Below are positions 46,304 to 60,000 of a stretch of DNA of 64,000 nucleotides, in pieces. Position 1 is the first letter of the stretch, and the number at the start of each line of letters is the position of its first letter. A program made the translations under genes and the position numbers. The stretch is from Podarcis bocagei (taxonomy: Eukaryota), in assembly GCA_964188305.1 (NCBI GenBank), contig OZ076889.1; one strand, written 5' to 3'. The notes below the pieces were generated by a model. The model saw only the letters and a list, made by a program, of their open reading frames with translations. It was not told the DNA's origin and made no database searches.

Positions 46304-48639
46304 GTTTACAATAAACATTCCACACAACTATATGCACTTAAAGGGAAAATCCCTGTGCTTTTCAGCTCTTCACAGCACCCATTCTAGTCATTCTTATAAT
46401 AATATAAATAGGGCATTCCAATAAAAAGCAAGCACTTTTACCCCCTTTTTATTTTATGGTAAGGAAATGTATATGTTTAACCCTCTGACTGAAATAAAAG
46501 GAGAAGTGGAATTGCTTTGTTTTAGAAGGATTGTGCTTCAGCAATATTACCCAAGCCAGGCCACGACAAAGCAAAAGCACTCAGTGACCCACTATTTTTC
46601 AACTCTTTGGCTTACTAAGGGAAAACAATTGCTTCTAATTGCAAAAACCAAAACCTCCATTCAATAAATAAAGAGCAAATGCTTCACATCCTCCTGCTCC
46701 ATAGCTGTAGCCTATTGGCCTGCCAGAAAGGATGCATGTCAGGTGGTACAAAATTACTATATGTTCCTTATGCTAGGGATGAAAGGAAGATGGTAGCTCT
46801 ATCATAATTAGCACACCTTTTCTGGTAGTGCCACAGTGCTTGGATTGAACCTAAGATATAAAAATGCAACAGTGCTGCAGACAGGAGGTAGATGCAAAAA
46901 TCCAGTGTCTCGAAAACTGATCCTGGTGTCAAGATTACTGAAGAGGACAGAAAGGTTTCTTTGGAAGTACTACAATGAGGGGAACCTCAAGGGAATATTA
47001 GCTATGATTCCTAGATAGATTTCAGCCTAGCATCTTTCAAGTAAACCCTATATGGGAGAAGTGGGGTGGAAGAGCCTGCAGCATAACAGCAAGAATAAAA
47101 CTCTCATCATCATCATCATTATTAAAATTTCTATGCTGTCCTTCATAGGCCAAAGATTGCATAATTAGCCAAAGGCCTGGGAGAAGAGGAATGTTTTTGC
47201 CAGGCACCTACATTGGGATCTCTACTTCTTACTTTCAAGCGGCTCCTAGAAAATTTATTTGGCACCAAAATTTTGTGAAAATATTTGTGAAAGAGAAAAC
47301 CCATGAGGAGTCTTCAAGAATAGCCAAGTGCAGAAGTTATCTGTGACCGACCAATAGGGCACTGAAAAGCCACAGCCTTTGCACCTTTACAGAGTGGTAA
47401 GCTAAAATAATTCTCATGATCTATGTTGCCCCATTTATGCAAAAAGGAATAATTTTTGTTGTCAAATAGCTTTGCATTCTCTTGTTTTCACCTGCTATAA
47501 TTTATTCTCCAACTATTATTTGTCTAAAAGATTATCAAATTAAATAGATGAGCAAAGCAAGAATGGAAGGTGATAAAACATACTAATTACAGCAATTAAT
47601 CAGGAGATGAAGAGGAGAAAAGGCTATTCTAAAGATTACCATATAGAAATAAGAAGGGGTCACTAGCATAACAGTTATGTCAGCATATTATATTTATTTA
47701 GCCTTTCTCATGTGTGACCTATTGCTCTTCAGGTCTCCAAACCAGAATATACCACAGACACATGGTACTTCAGAAAAGTCACAGGCATTCATTATTATGT
47801 TCATGGCATCCTTCAAACTAAGGTTGTCAACAAATTGATTTGTTCTTTGTTCAAACAAAGAACAAAGTATTCCATTATTGTCTCGAGCTATTGTATACAG
47901 TCGCTGCAACATCTGCAGCTGCCTGCTGCCAATATGTTTTGTCAAGTTTGCATTCCTGTATTCAGAATGCATACACAATAACTGTCACCCTTCGTTCGTA
48001 CACTCACAGGATTGTCACTAAACTAAACACATTCTAAAAGAAGCATGTGCATGCATGCATCCACGAACCCACCCTTCCTTCACTGCAGCTCAATTGTGTG
48101 AACAAAGGATTGTAACAGGGAACTGGATACTTGACACTCAAGTTTTTCCTGCTAAAATACGCTGAAAAAACTACTGTGCTGTGACCCAATAAGGCCATCC
48201 CTTGCAATGAAATTACTCAGGAGCAGGGACTTTAGGACACAAAACTGGAATGCTTCCTCGGGAAAACGCACAATTAAAAACCTCAGAGCAGGTAAAACAG
48301 GCTATAAAAACGCCTCATCTTTTTTCTTTTTTTGCAGTGACACTGCAAACCTGTTTCAGGCATCCTCTCCTGTCAAGCACACCAAGCACAGCACAGACAA
48401 ACAATGTCTCTTATGTGCCCAGGACAGATCTGGGTTACTTAGGGAGAGCAGCTTTGCAGGTGCTTAACCCGTTCTGGGAGGTTTGCCCTGCTAAGAATGC
48501 TGCAATAACAAAGGCAGAAGAGGGAGGTGCGGGGACGAGAGGAGGAGACGTTCGCCAGAGAACGGGAAGCAAAATGCAACAAAACCATGGGCAACGGACA
48601 AAATTCAGCAGCAATGCACACGCATACAACACTTTCCCC

Positions 48640-49670
48640 TCGCGAGGCCGGCGGAGGGTGAGGACAGGCAGCCGTGGTGATGCACGGAAGCATGCACTGA
48701 CTCAACGGGAGACAAATAAGCAGGATGGGTTGGGGGGGGGGAGTAAAGAAAATGGTCCTTTCGAACATTCAGCACCAAAGCAGCCCAAGGGAGGCTGTCG
48801 CTTCGCCCCTCCCGCCGCCACCGCCACCACCAGCAGCAGCAGCGCCAAGCCCTTGCCCTGCCAACGCCTCCAAGGGGTGCCCCCCGAACGGGCACTCACT
48901 CGGGGCCTCCCCTCAGGCCCCGGGCATCCCTTCCCACCCTCCCGCTCCTTCGACCCGGTCCCCCCCCCCCTCAGCGGAGGCGCCGCCACCCACCCAAGCC
49001 AGGGCAGCCGTAGGGCCCATCCCTCAGGGAAGAGACAGAGGCTCACCTCAGGGGAGGCTCCCTCCCAAAGCGGCGAGGGGAGACCAGGGCTGGCGGGGGC
49101 GCGCAAAATGGCGGCAAGCGGAGCCTCGCCACCGGGGTAGTGGCAGGGAGGGAAGGAGGGGAAGAGGGTCCCGTCGCCAGCAGCCAACGCGGCCCTGCCT
49201 GCCTGCCTGCCGGCGCCCAGCTGCTCCTCGCCTTCCCGGCCCGGCTGGTGTAGTGGCGGCGGCGGCGGCAGCGCCCTGGCTGCGGTTGTCAAGCGGCTTC
49301 TCCAATCAGTGCCCGGCAGGCCGGCTCCTCAGGGCCCCGCGGCGCCTGGGCGGGGTGACAGCGCAGCCGCCTGACTGTGAGAGCCAGGGAAAAAGGGGCG
49401 GGCGGGCGCAGGGGCGGCGTCCCTACGGGAGGAATGGCTCGCCCAGCCCATGTCGGGGAGCGGCGCGGGCGGGAGGCGCGACGGGGATCGGGGGTGGCAG
49501 CGGCGGAGGCGGGCCAATAAGGAGCGAGGGAATCCGGGGTGTGGATTTTCTCTTCTCCTCCTCCTCCTCCGGCAAGATTGCTTCGCATCTGTTTGGGTTT
49601 TTTTTCTTAATCGCATCTTACGGAGGGTGTTTTTTTGTCTCCTCCTTCGCATCCTCTTCCCGCCCCAGTA
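48640..49670 (-). promoter_or_regulatory. CpG island, promoter and non-coding first exon of WDR47
   Basis: CpG-rich; strong donor GAG|GTGAGC at 49047/49046; YY1-type CAAAATGGCGGC at 49104-49115; CCAAT boxes at 49302 and 49514; several GGGCGG GC boxes. Confidence 0.78.
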
Positions 49671-49932
49671 ATTCCTAGGGTGGGTGTTTTAAAGGCTGTT
49701 CTCCCTTAACATTAATAGTGTCAAACTATTATTATTATTGTTATTATTAAAATGGGATACACCACTGTACTGTCCTTTATCCATACATCTCAAGGCAGTT
49801 CGCAACATAAACAATGAAAGATAAAACACCAAAAACAAGAATAAAAACAATAACAAAATACATATTTAATGCTGTATTATTTTTAACACTTGATTGGGAG
49901 CCGCCCAGAGTGGCTGGGGAAACTCAGCCAGA

Positions 49933-50063
49933 NNNNNNNNNNNNNNNNNNNNNNNNNNNNNNNNNNNNNNNNNNNNNNNNNNNNNNNNNNNNNNNNNNNN
50001 NNNNNNNNNNNNNNNNNNNNNNNNNNNNNNNNNNNNNNNNNNNNNNNNNNNNNNNNNNNNNNN
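49933..50063. other. Assembly gap (131 N)
   Basis: Run of N immediately after an L2 3'-UTR fragment at about 49865-49932. Confidence 0.99.
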
Positions 50064-52689
50064 CCGTTCCCAATGGCATGATTAGCAACCACGTCTTTCT
50101 TCCAGACACGTGTACATTCTAGGCGAGTCCCTTAGAAGCAGGCCACTCACACAAGCAGGTTGTTGTTGTTGGGTAATTGATGCAAGGCAGGGGGGTCTGT
50201 AGAGGTTTAGCCAGCTACCCCACAGAGGCCAGCCCGACATTTTGGCACCTGAGGAAAAGCACAAAATGACGCGCGCCCCCACTCCCGCACCATGGAAGAA
50301 GGGGTGAGTGAAGATCCACGGGTGAAGGGTGGTATACAAATGTATTTAACAATAACAACAAGACATTGGGGATACGATCTGGGGAGGAGACTAGCAGTGC
50401 CTAATATGCACCAAGAGGTCGCTGGAGGGGTGACCTGGGGTGGGGAGCTGCCAAAGATGTAGCAGCAGTGCCAGTGGCATTCCTTGGAGGTCAGATCTGC
50501 TGCCCCTGTGGATCCTGTCACCTGAAGCAGTCGCCTTGCCTTGCCTCCTGGGTGGGTCGGCCCTGTCAACACTGCAGTAATGCATTTATTGAGTCTTAGA
50601 CCCCAATTACACTACAGGGAGAGGTAGCCATTACTTGACAGGTCACTATTTTGGCCGTTATTAATTCACAAATTGTCATTGTCCAAACCTCTTCATGATT
50701 AATGCCCTTATTATACCCAAATTATGCTTGGTGGCATGGAGTATGTTAATATTTAATCGGTCCCATTTCTGAAGCTAGGGAAAACTCAAGGTCCAACTGG
50801 TGCCAGGTGGTTTTTTGTTGCATGCTGCACAGAAATCTCCTCCTTCTGTGTGATTTATATGTCCCCTCCCCCCATTTGTATTAGCAGGGTAAAATTCTGA
50901 TTGATGTGGTTTTGGTAAGAAATCGTATTTGTTCCATTTTGCCTTTCAGCTTCTCTGTTTGTCCTGCTCCCCTTTCTTCTGACTGGGTCAAGCTCAGACA
51001 TGGGTTGCTTGCCAGTGCTGGGGCCCTGTACCACAGTCTTGACATCACAGTAGCATTTTCCTCTATTTTTGCAGTGGAAGCTGCTGGCTTGTTGCCAGTG
51101 CATGTAATTACCATCTGAGAGCTTTCTTGATTCCAGTCTGTCCTTGTCTTTTCTCACATTTTCCACTGCTACAGAAAATCCTTTTTGCCATAAATGTAGT
51201 GACTGAATAAACAAATACTGGGAAGTAAAAGCCATTACTGCATCCAAAGTCTTTCCTTCCTATCTGCTCACCAAAATGGATGGTTCTGTTATTAATGAAT
51301 TGCCTTAAATCTGTATGAGTTATTAAATGTCTACACTGTGTTAACAAAGTACCATGTTTATCTATTCTTTGCTTGGAGGCACTGGGTGGGAAATACTTAA
51401 TATTTAGAGCATAAAAAACCCCCCTCTATATTTTGTTTTCATAGATAATAAAAGAACAAAGCAACAGTGGAGGGTGCAGTGAAGGAAACTGTTATATATA
51501 TAATATCCCAGTCTGATGAAGAGCTCTAGAGAAATGGAAAGCTTTTGTGACATTTTGGTTGGTCCTAATAAATGTATTGCTTGATGGATTATGGACCAAC
51601 ATCACTTTATTTGCTTTGTGTGTTTTCTTTTGTTTCAGCCTCACAGCTTGTCCCATCAAAAGAAATGCTCTCCTGGATAACATAGCATTCACTGAACATT
51701 GTTCACAAATCCACACAAATAGTTTACAAATGGTTTCGTGGTACTTACTCAACACTTCTGGAACTGATCCAAATTCTTGTACTACCGGTTTCTAGGCTTG
51801 TCAAAACAATAAGCAATATTGATTTAAGGTGACAATTCTACACGTCCAAGCACCTTAATAAATGTGTTTACACTCAAGAGGCACTTGCCAGGACTTGCTC
51901 TTAGATGGAAAGCTCTTTGATATAGTAAGACATTGGTGATCAAATACTTGATACGAGAGTTGAGTTTGACTAATTACAAAAAGAGTATGCTGAGAGTATG
52001 CAGGTATATTAACATATTTCAAAACATCAATACTGAAAAGGATTAGCACTTTTGTCAGGAACTCTCACTCTGTGACGTTACATCAAATTGTGAGCTTCCC
52101 CATCAGCCAGTCCTATAGCGCCGGTACAGGGAAACTCAGAACATGTTGCATCACAGAGTAAGTGTTAAAACATGTTTGACAAAGAAGGGGAAGAATTAGC
52201 CATGGAAATGATGCTTTGGTGGCAGCCCGATCACAAAAACATGTGGGACAAGCTCTGGACTTGGTAGGATTTACTGTAAATAAGCAGCTTAGGATTGGGC
52301 TATAAGGATTGTGTTTATATTGTTAACCGCCCTGTGATCCTGATGAAAGGCGGTGCAGAGATTTAATTAATTAATAAGAAGCTGTATAAACTGATGTATC
52401 GTAATTTGCACACAAGTGCTCATAAAAACAATGGTAGAATTAGAGCTTCATTACAGCAAGAGATAAATGATAATTTTGAGCAAGTGCAAGTTTTTAGGAG
52501 ATTTATGAATGGTCCCGTCTCACCTGCACCCCCGGTTTAATCAGTTGGTTGAATCAAAAGCATGAACAAGCTCTGTAGTCTGCTTATCCAGTTAACATAA
52601 GACAGGTTGTTTCTAGCACAAGGCTACCACACCTTTAAAGCACATTCTTTCCCTCAAAGAATTCTGGGCACTAGTTTAGTTTGTTAAGA

Positions 52690-52908
52690 AGGAGTCTCTT
52701 CCCTACCTGAAGGAGTCTCAAAGCGGCTAACATTCTCCTTTCCCTTCCTCCCTCAAACAAACATTCTGTGAGGTGAGTGGGGCTGAGAGACTTCAGAGAA
52801 GTGTGACTAGCCCAAGGTCACCCAGCAGCTGCATGTGGAGGAGCAGGGAAGCGAATCCGGCTCCCCAGATTACGAATCTACCACTCTTAACCACTACACC
52901 ACACTGGC
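52690..52908 (-). mobile_element. tRNA-derived SINE
   Basis: Minus-strand head GCCAGTGTGGTGTAGTGGTTAAGAG and core CTGGGTGACCTTGGGCTAGTCAC. Confidence 0.75.
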
Positions 52909-53763
52909 AATCAAGGGTTTTTGGGAACTGTAACTCTGAAAGGGGTAAACTAGTCTTCCTAATTTTTGTGGAAAAGGATGTGCTTTAAAGGTATAGTGTG
53001 TATGCAGCCTAAATGGGAAGAAATTATCGAGCACCTCCGCAGCACTCCTGTGGTGTGTGTCCTTTGAACAAGCCAATAATAATTTTCTGGTTCAGTGTTG
53101 ACCTGTGCCCATGATGAAAGCAGGGCATGTCAAATGGATGTAGTTCACTTGTAGCTAACAAAACCTTCAAGTCAACTCTGGCTAAAATGCTGCCTTCTGA
53201 GTTGACTTCTGTTAGGAGCCCCATGGAGATGTCACAGAGGGGATGGGCCAATTATGAGGTTTTTTTAGGAGGGTGTAAAGTAAAACAGGGAGTTGGAGCT
53301 TAATAACCCACAGGAGGACCCAGGTGGGCTGAGGAAGGTGAAACTGGGATCTCAAGGAATGCCTCTGCTGGAGGAGGGGTCTCAAGCGAGTCAGGAGCTG
53401 GATCCTGGGGAAGGTTCAAGTGGGTTGTCAGAGAGGTGAGCTACCCCCGTGATATCGGACATCTCTGGTCAGGCACCTCCTCAGTAAGCAGCCTCTGCCT
53501 GGGGACGTGACAGAGTATGCTGGATACTGAGCTAGCACCTCCATCATCCATGACACAGAGAAGCCAGTGCCAGCACAAACCAACAGGCCCAGCCCACTCC
53601 CAGAAGTGTCCATTTGATTGCTCAGATCAGAGATGCCTTCACAAACTGCAAGCCGGCAAAACCTTTTGCCAACCATAAACGTATACATTTAATGGCTTCA
53701 GAAGATAAACTGAAAACACGTACCAAAAAATGAAACCGCAACATTGTTTTTGGTGCCATGCTT

Positions 53764-53769
53764 TTTATT
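53764..53769 (-). terminator. Candidate CAMSAP2 polyadenylation signal (3' UTR about 3 kb)
   Basis: AATAAA on the minus strand at the end of a repeat-poor AT-rich tract following the stop; an alternative lies at 54177-54182. Confidence 0.5.
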
Positions 53770-56748
53770 TAAATGAAAGGGAAGGACTACACTGTACTAG
53801 GTTGGTAGCACTATGACAATATCTTACAGCACAGCTTCTGAAAAAATATGGTAGCAATGCTCCACAAAAGTGGACAAGTAAGCACACGATACACTGTACA
53901 TTTCTCAACGGACGGTGCCCATTTAAATTAGAAATAAACAGAATTTGGCTTTAAACAGCCAAAGAATTTTTCCTTAAAAAAACCAACACCAACAGTCATC
54001 CAAAAATGGTTTCAGTAGCTACTATGACTGTCAGAGCTTGAACACCAGGTCTGGAAATTAGGATGGTTGGCAAATTCTGGCATATAAACAATAAAAACAC
54101 CCCGCTCCCTCGAGGAAAGCACCGGTGTGTAACTGATAATGTCACTGATGAACACCGGACTTCTCCATGAAAGGCTTTTATTTTCTTAAACAAGATCCCA
54201 AATGAAGACATACTGTCATTAGAAAAAAAGAAAAAATCCTGTCCTTAGCTCTCCAAGTAAGTAGTAACGTTTTAATCGCCAAAGTCTCAATTTTTTAATT
54301 GTATTATTCACATCCTACCTTTCAACATTGCACAGACATCTTTTTTCTGAACGGTAGACAAAATTCATAATACATTCAATAATTTAAAATGACACTATGT
54401 TGCCACATTTTAAAAGAAATTATCCTGTTTAGATAGGTGTGCATAAATCAGTCAGTGGTATGTATTATTAAATTATATTTTTCTTTTAGCAGGAATAGTT
54501 TAGTTAAAAATCCTTCCATGTGATCTCCTCCATCATCTATCCCATTTATGTCCTATCAGCTCACCCCCAACTTGGGCAAGTTTTAACTTAGATGTATGCT
54601 TACATGGGTATGCAATATATTTTCCCTATGCCATTAGTTGGAGGATAAGCCTCGTTGGTAGAATGCATAGACCTTCTATCTCCTATTTTTAAAATATATA
54701 TAATATATACACAGTATGTTTACACTTGAAATAGAAGATGGGTTAGATATCCTGGTTCATATACATGCAAACAGTAGGAATCAGCTAACCACAAATAGAT
54801 CAGAGCCACATACCTATTAAACAGGTGGGTTTTGTGTTGGGTTTTTTTTTACAGTTTTAACAAATATACATAAATATAAGAACATAAGTTAAAGTAAATA
54901 TTGATTGCATTTCTGAGAAAATGCTGATAAAGAACCCAGACACACTGATGCCTAAGGCCTTTTCATAATTTTAAAAAGGGCTGTTCTCTAAATTATTTAA
55001 GGACTTATCATTCCTATACATCATCTATATAAAGAACAGAAGCAGACTGTAGTGAAGTACTACCTCTCCAAGTCAAGCAGTTCAGTGGGAGAAGTGTACA
55101 GAATTTTAAGTTTTCCTTTGTAGGATGCATAATAAAAAGTAACAAACACTTTAGACAGCTAGTTCAAAACTGTCTTGAAGTTCCAACACTTGTCACAACA
55201 CTGAAACGGAACAGGTTTAGCAATAATTCAAGTCTTTTCCTGAGAATGAGGTTCCACCTAGATCCCCTCCCACCCCCCAACTAAGTCCTCTGGTGTACAA
55301 ATGTCAAAAAAGCAATCACAAAAATAAGGGTAGGTTTCAAGTTTGAGCTTTTCCACCTGCTGAAACAGTGCCTTGCTATATCTGTATAGGAATCCTGACA
55401 ATAAGAAAGAAAAAGAAAGCAACAAGCAAACCTCCAAACAGAAATAACTTCTCTAAAGGAATCAGATGTGCAGCCCTTTGTTAATACTGAAAAAGGTGCC
55501 CCAGTGATTATTTTGTAAATGTTAACATTGCTGTATGTGTGTGGCTCTCAGCCATTCTTGGTTTTAATACACTCAAGATTGTCATGTATCATCATCATCA
55601 ATACCATAATTTATATTAAACAAAATTAAATTGATGTCTTGGAAGAAAAATTACTTTGGTCCATATACTGGATGGCAACCTGGTGACACATCAGAATAGC
55701 TTTCATAGAGCAGGCTTACTCAATATAATTTTCTTCAAGTTTCTCAGAAGGACTCATACAAAGTGTCTACTTTTAAGACAATTAATACTGTTTTGCTTAG
55801 GATTTTGAAATAGCCATCCAGGCCGTAATCTCAGGAAGCAATGGTAGATGTCTGCATTTGTTTAGTGGTGCTATTTTATTTGGGTCACCTGTCATGCCAC
55901 AGACACGTATCGTCCCCTTTGCTAAATCTCAGAATGTTAAACAGCAGTTTGGACTGAACCGTAAGTGGACTCCTGTTCAGAAGAAAAATGCAAAACACAA
56001 TAGTGCATGCAAAGATCTCCCGTCATGCTTCCCTGGATCAGGGCAATGGTGGATTTCTAAATATAATGACAATACCTTTATAAAATAAGTTTCCTTGTGG
56101 AACAAGCAATGACAGCCATCACATTTCCTTGCCAGAGGTTAAGACATGCTAGCAACATTTAATCCTGGACATCCTCTCCAAGGAAATTTTCTGGTGCAAA
56201 ACCCTTTGAAATGAATGAAAGTCAAAAAAAGAACGGATACCTTCATTTCATTGCAAAAAGGTTTGTGCCCTCTGTTACCGGCAGGCCACTTAAAATTTAA
56301 CGGTGTGGCAAATCAAAACAGAACATTTCTCCAGTGAAGATATAAAGAGCAGAAGCAATTTCCAAAACAAGCATAACACACCAAAGTATAAGGCAATGAA
56401 TTTAATATATACTTTAATTTCAGTCACTACAGATTTGCAAACATTCAATAATTCAGTGTTTTAAAAACGAGAGGAAATGAACCCTATAAACTGTGAGCAC
56501 ATACCCATCTCCACTCTGAGTCAGTCTTTCATGAGCACACGAATGCATAATCACTTAAGTGTCAGTTTTCTGCAAGTCTTCAATACTGTGTTTACATTCC
56601 AGTTGTGCATGATGACATAGCTTTTCTCTTCAGATCCAAGTTCAAAGAAATCTTGTTGGCAAATAAGAACCTATTTTCTAATAGGCAGCAAATACGAAGT
56701 GCAAGTTTGCCACAAACGTGGCAAAGTACCCTACCCCCCTCCGAGTTA

Positions 56749-57054
56749 CTATGCCTTTGTAGGTAAGAGTTTTTTTGGTGTTACTGGTCTCTTGCTCTGC
56801 CACAAATGGCTGTGGATGGTAATAGCGTCGACACTGGCAGAGAGCGTTTTAGCAGGTATGTGGCTGAACTGCTTCCTGTCAGAGTTGTACTTATAGAGCC
56901 CCTCAATCATCTTCTTACTGATGGACTTGGGGCCTATTCCAGTCAACTTACTGATTTCTTCTGTCTCAGGGCAGTACGTGTACAAAGATCGGAACTGGCA
57001 GCCTGAGTCGCGGAAAAGGATAAGGAAGTTGTTGGCATCTGATTTTTCCATTTC
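56749..57054 (-). CDS. CAMSAP2: CAMSAP2 last coding exon (CKK domain, TAG stop)
   Basis: tttcag acceptor, 306 nt to the stop. Confidence 0.95.
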   Translation of the reverse strand, partial: EMEKSDANNFLILFRDSGCQFRSLYTYCPETEEISKLTGIGPKSISKKMIEGLYKYNSDRKQFSHIPAKTLSASVDAITIHSHLWQSKRPVTPKKLLPTKA

Positions 57055-60000
57055 CTGAAAGGGGGAGGGGAGGAAAGAGGGTTCAAATTGTGTACAAGTT
57101 AACATCCAGTTTATGGGTATTTTCAATGCTCCTACACTTATGACAGAAACTATTTCATGTTATTGAAAATGTAATAGCATTGTAAGCTTGGCTTATTTAC
57201 ACATGTGTGAAGGCATCACAAATCCAACAACACAGATACAACTTTCATATCATGGACCTGAAGTTGCACATTCAGTTGCCATTAACTATTCAACAGTAAA
57301 TTATAGAGAAATCAAGTGTTATACATGCATGTGTGAACAAGCAATATAGGGTGCCAAGAGTAATTTTAAAAACTACATTCCTGGTGCACCAGACAGTTAT
57401 AGTCTTATTTCAACTAATGTTATAACTATTTAACAATCTTTATCATCAGAACAAGCTCATGAGAAGTGTTACTAGAGAATTTCACGGTGTATGTATTCCT
57501 ATTCTGGCAAGAATATTGTATTAAGGAGACAGCTTAGCTTAGCAGAGGACCCAGAACAGAGGATGAAAAGGAGGTTAGGAGTTTCAGTGCTATGGCTGCA
57601 CCAGAAATACCATTAATGCACACCATTAATGTTTACGGGGTCTTGGTAAACAGAAAGACTCCCCTCTGAACTTGCAGTGTAAAGAAAACTGTCCCCCCAA
57701 CACTTCCTACCTATCCACAACCTGAACTTCAGATTTTCAGTTTCTTCTACCCCCTTCCCCTTTACAGGTTTGCCTTACCTCTAATATTTTATTCTTCTGA
57801 CCTTCGTTTACTTTTCCAGCCAAGCAGCAATGAGCCAAGGCATTCTGGATTATATGTTTGTTGGATTTTGCACTGGGTTCTTTGTACAGCTTTGGTCCTA
57901 GAGAGAGAGATTTTTAAAAACATATATATGAATAAATGAACATGGTTTAGAGCAGGCAGAGGCAAGGAACCTTTCTGGCTCTGGGGGCCAGACCTTTATA
58001 GCTGCACTCCATGGGCCAAATTTGACAGGTGGCCAGGGCAAGGAATTTCTAAGGAATTTCCTTCAAACCAAACTCTTAATACTCCAGCTTCTCAATCTTT
58101 ATTATGGTTGGGGTATTTAACTACCACCTGATACTAAGTGAAGCAAGATTGTAATCTGGTACACTAGCTTGCTGTTATTACTCTGTATTACTTTTTCTCT
58201 GTTACTTACCGGCTTTCCCCACCACCACCACCTCAAAGCATCTACATGTTCTTGTTTGTAGCAAATAATTCAGCAACAACTCTTAATATACCAACCTGTA
58301 TATTCTGTAGCAGAAGCCACAGAAGATGTCGTTGATGCGTTTTCCCAATCCTTTTCTCCATTACGACTTCCACAACGACTTGGAGATACGAATCCTTCCA
58401 CAGATTCAGACCTAAAAGTTGCATTTAAACAGGAAAGAAGATTTGGCCAATCTATTACCAAGCATGATTTCACAATGAAAAAATGGTAGCATTTCACGAT
58501 GAAAGACCTGAAGATAAAGCACTGTTAAACACAAATATGGAATCAAATGATTTAACAGCACGTAAGTTCTTCCAAATGTCCAAGTAGCTTCAGGAATGAG
58601 TGGGAAGGATGTCAACTGTCCATCAGGCAAAGCTGGCTAAATTCAGAAAAATTGGTGGGTGTTTCCAGCCCCTTTGCCCTTATAAAGCTATCAATGGATA
58701 TGAAAGCACCCCCTCTACTTCATATTAGTCTACACAACTTAGAGAATTTAATTCACTCGTAGATATTTCAGTGGCTTCTTAAAATTAAGGAGAGCTGAAT
58801 GATTACATTTTTAGAAGTGCCATCCTGTGTGTCACGAAATTAAAAGATGCCTGCTTCTTGGGAGACAGCATCTTAAAAAGCAGAGACATCACCTTGCCAA
58901 CAAAGGTCCGTATAGTTAAAGCTATGATTTTCCCAGTAGTGATGAATGGAAGTGAGAGCTGGACCATAAAGAAGGCTGATCGCTGAAGAATTGATGCTTT
59001 TGAATTATGGTGCTGGAGGAGACTCTTGAGAGTCCCATGGACTGCAAGAAGATCATACCTATCCATTCTTAAGGAAATCAGCCCTGAGTGCTCACTGGAA
59101 GGACAGATCCTGAAGCTGAGGCTCCAATACTTTGGCCACCTCATGAGAAGAGAAGACTCCCTGGAAAAGACCCTGATGTTGGGAAAGATGGAGGGCACAA
59201 GGAGAAGGGGACGACAGAGGACGAGATGGTTGGACAGTGTTCTAGAAGCTACCAGCAAGAGTTTGACCAAACTGCGGGAGGCAGTGGAAGACAGGAGTGC
59301 CTGGTGTGCTCTGGTCCATGGGGTCACGAAGAGTCGGACACGACTAAACGACTAAACAACAACAAATCCTGTGTGTGTTTATGTGTCCTGTGTATGCCAT
59401 TCCGTGTGTGTTACTACAGGTGTTGGCTCATACCTAACAGTCCAATAAAAAAATGTACACATCAACAGAAGCAATTAAACAATTCCCTCAGCCTGGAAAT
59501 TAAGTATGTGTAGATCTGTTTTGTGACGACTGTATATGGAAACGGCTATAGGAACATACTCAAAGTTGGTCTAATCTGAAGAGCCATGAACTATTCTTAA
59601 TTATGCATTAACCACTGCCTCACTGAATGCACACTGTTGTGCCAAGTCACATAAATATGATCATTTCCCTCAAATGTAAATTGGAACTGAATATTTACCT
59701 TGGCGTTCTCTTGCCCGATTGCACACTGTCGTCTCCGGTGTTCAGTGATGCCAACGAAAGGCTAGATGCTGAGGGGAGATGGGGGGAACAGCAACACAGT
59801 GAAGGTGTGAGCCTAGGTAAATGCAAGGAACTTTAAAAGAATGCAGATACAGAAAACAGAGTCTGTGAATTAGATGCACCACCAGGAAAGAAAATTTGCT
59901 AAGTTTTCTGAGAAATATTCTCTCTCTTTACTGGCCCTATGAACTCTACATCTGTAAACATATAATGCGTATTTTATCCTCATAAGTCTTTATATAGTAA

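Noticed and set aside
48250-49678. 296-aa and 317-aa plus-strand ORFs, suggesting a divergent gene
   Set aside because: Low-complexity Pro/Arg/Gly/Ala-rich frames expected from a stop-poor CpG island; no recognisable domain or downstream exons.
49814-50122. ORFs containing runs of X
   Set aside because: Artefacts of the N gap.
59769-59812. Alternative upstream acceptor for the 70-nt CAMSAP2 exon
   Set aside because: It would add 44 nt and shift the frame; the region reads better as branch point plus polypyrimidine tract.
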